A stretch of 64,000 nucleotides of DNA, from contig NC_092677.1 of the NCBI RefSeq assembly GCF_964355755.1, positions 13,228,101-13,292,100 of the forward strand. Reading direction: 5' to 3'. The stretch comes from Antedon mediterranea (taxonomy: Eukaryota; Animalia; Echinodermata). The position numbers and the translations under genes were made by a program. The notes beneath the pieces were generated by a model. The model was not told the origin of the DNA. It worked only from the letters and a program-made list of their open reading frames with translations, and made no database searches. Of the stretch, positions 63,964-64,000 are shown piece after piece. Each line of letters begins with the position of its first letter. The first letter of the stretch is position 1.

Positions 63964-64000
63964 TATGGAGCTGCGGTCTTGTTAAGCATTTAAAATCAGC

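Overview
AT-rich animal genomic DNA with spliceosomal introns, most likely a marine invertebrate deuterostome (inferred from the gene and SINE types). One protein-coding gene is well supported: a teashirt/TSHZ-family zinc-finger transcription factor on the + strand. It has a 40-nt first coding exon missed by the ORF track (4536-4575, MPRRKQQTPKRLK), a 17.7-kb intron and one large exon (22309-25613), giving about 1114 aa with four Tsh-type C2H2 fingers, two CtBP-type motifs and no recognisable homeodomain. The rest is intronic or intergenic DNA with many short non-autonomous mobile elements: several PIF/Harbinger-like MITE families (one has 9 copies), hAT-, Kolobok-, Sola- and Helentron-like elements, tRNA-derived Deu/Nin- and CORE-type SINEs, and a 5S rRNA-derived sequence. 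There are also 37-bp and ~141-bp tandem arrays. The most unusual item is a short Penelope-like/retrozyme-like repeat (4 copies) whose damaged copies together reconstruct a minimal type I hammerhead ribozyme. No CRISPR array or prokaryotic system is present, and nearly all short ORFs in the track look spurious. All family assignments were made by eye, without database searches.
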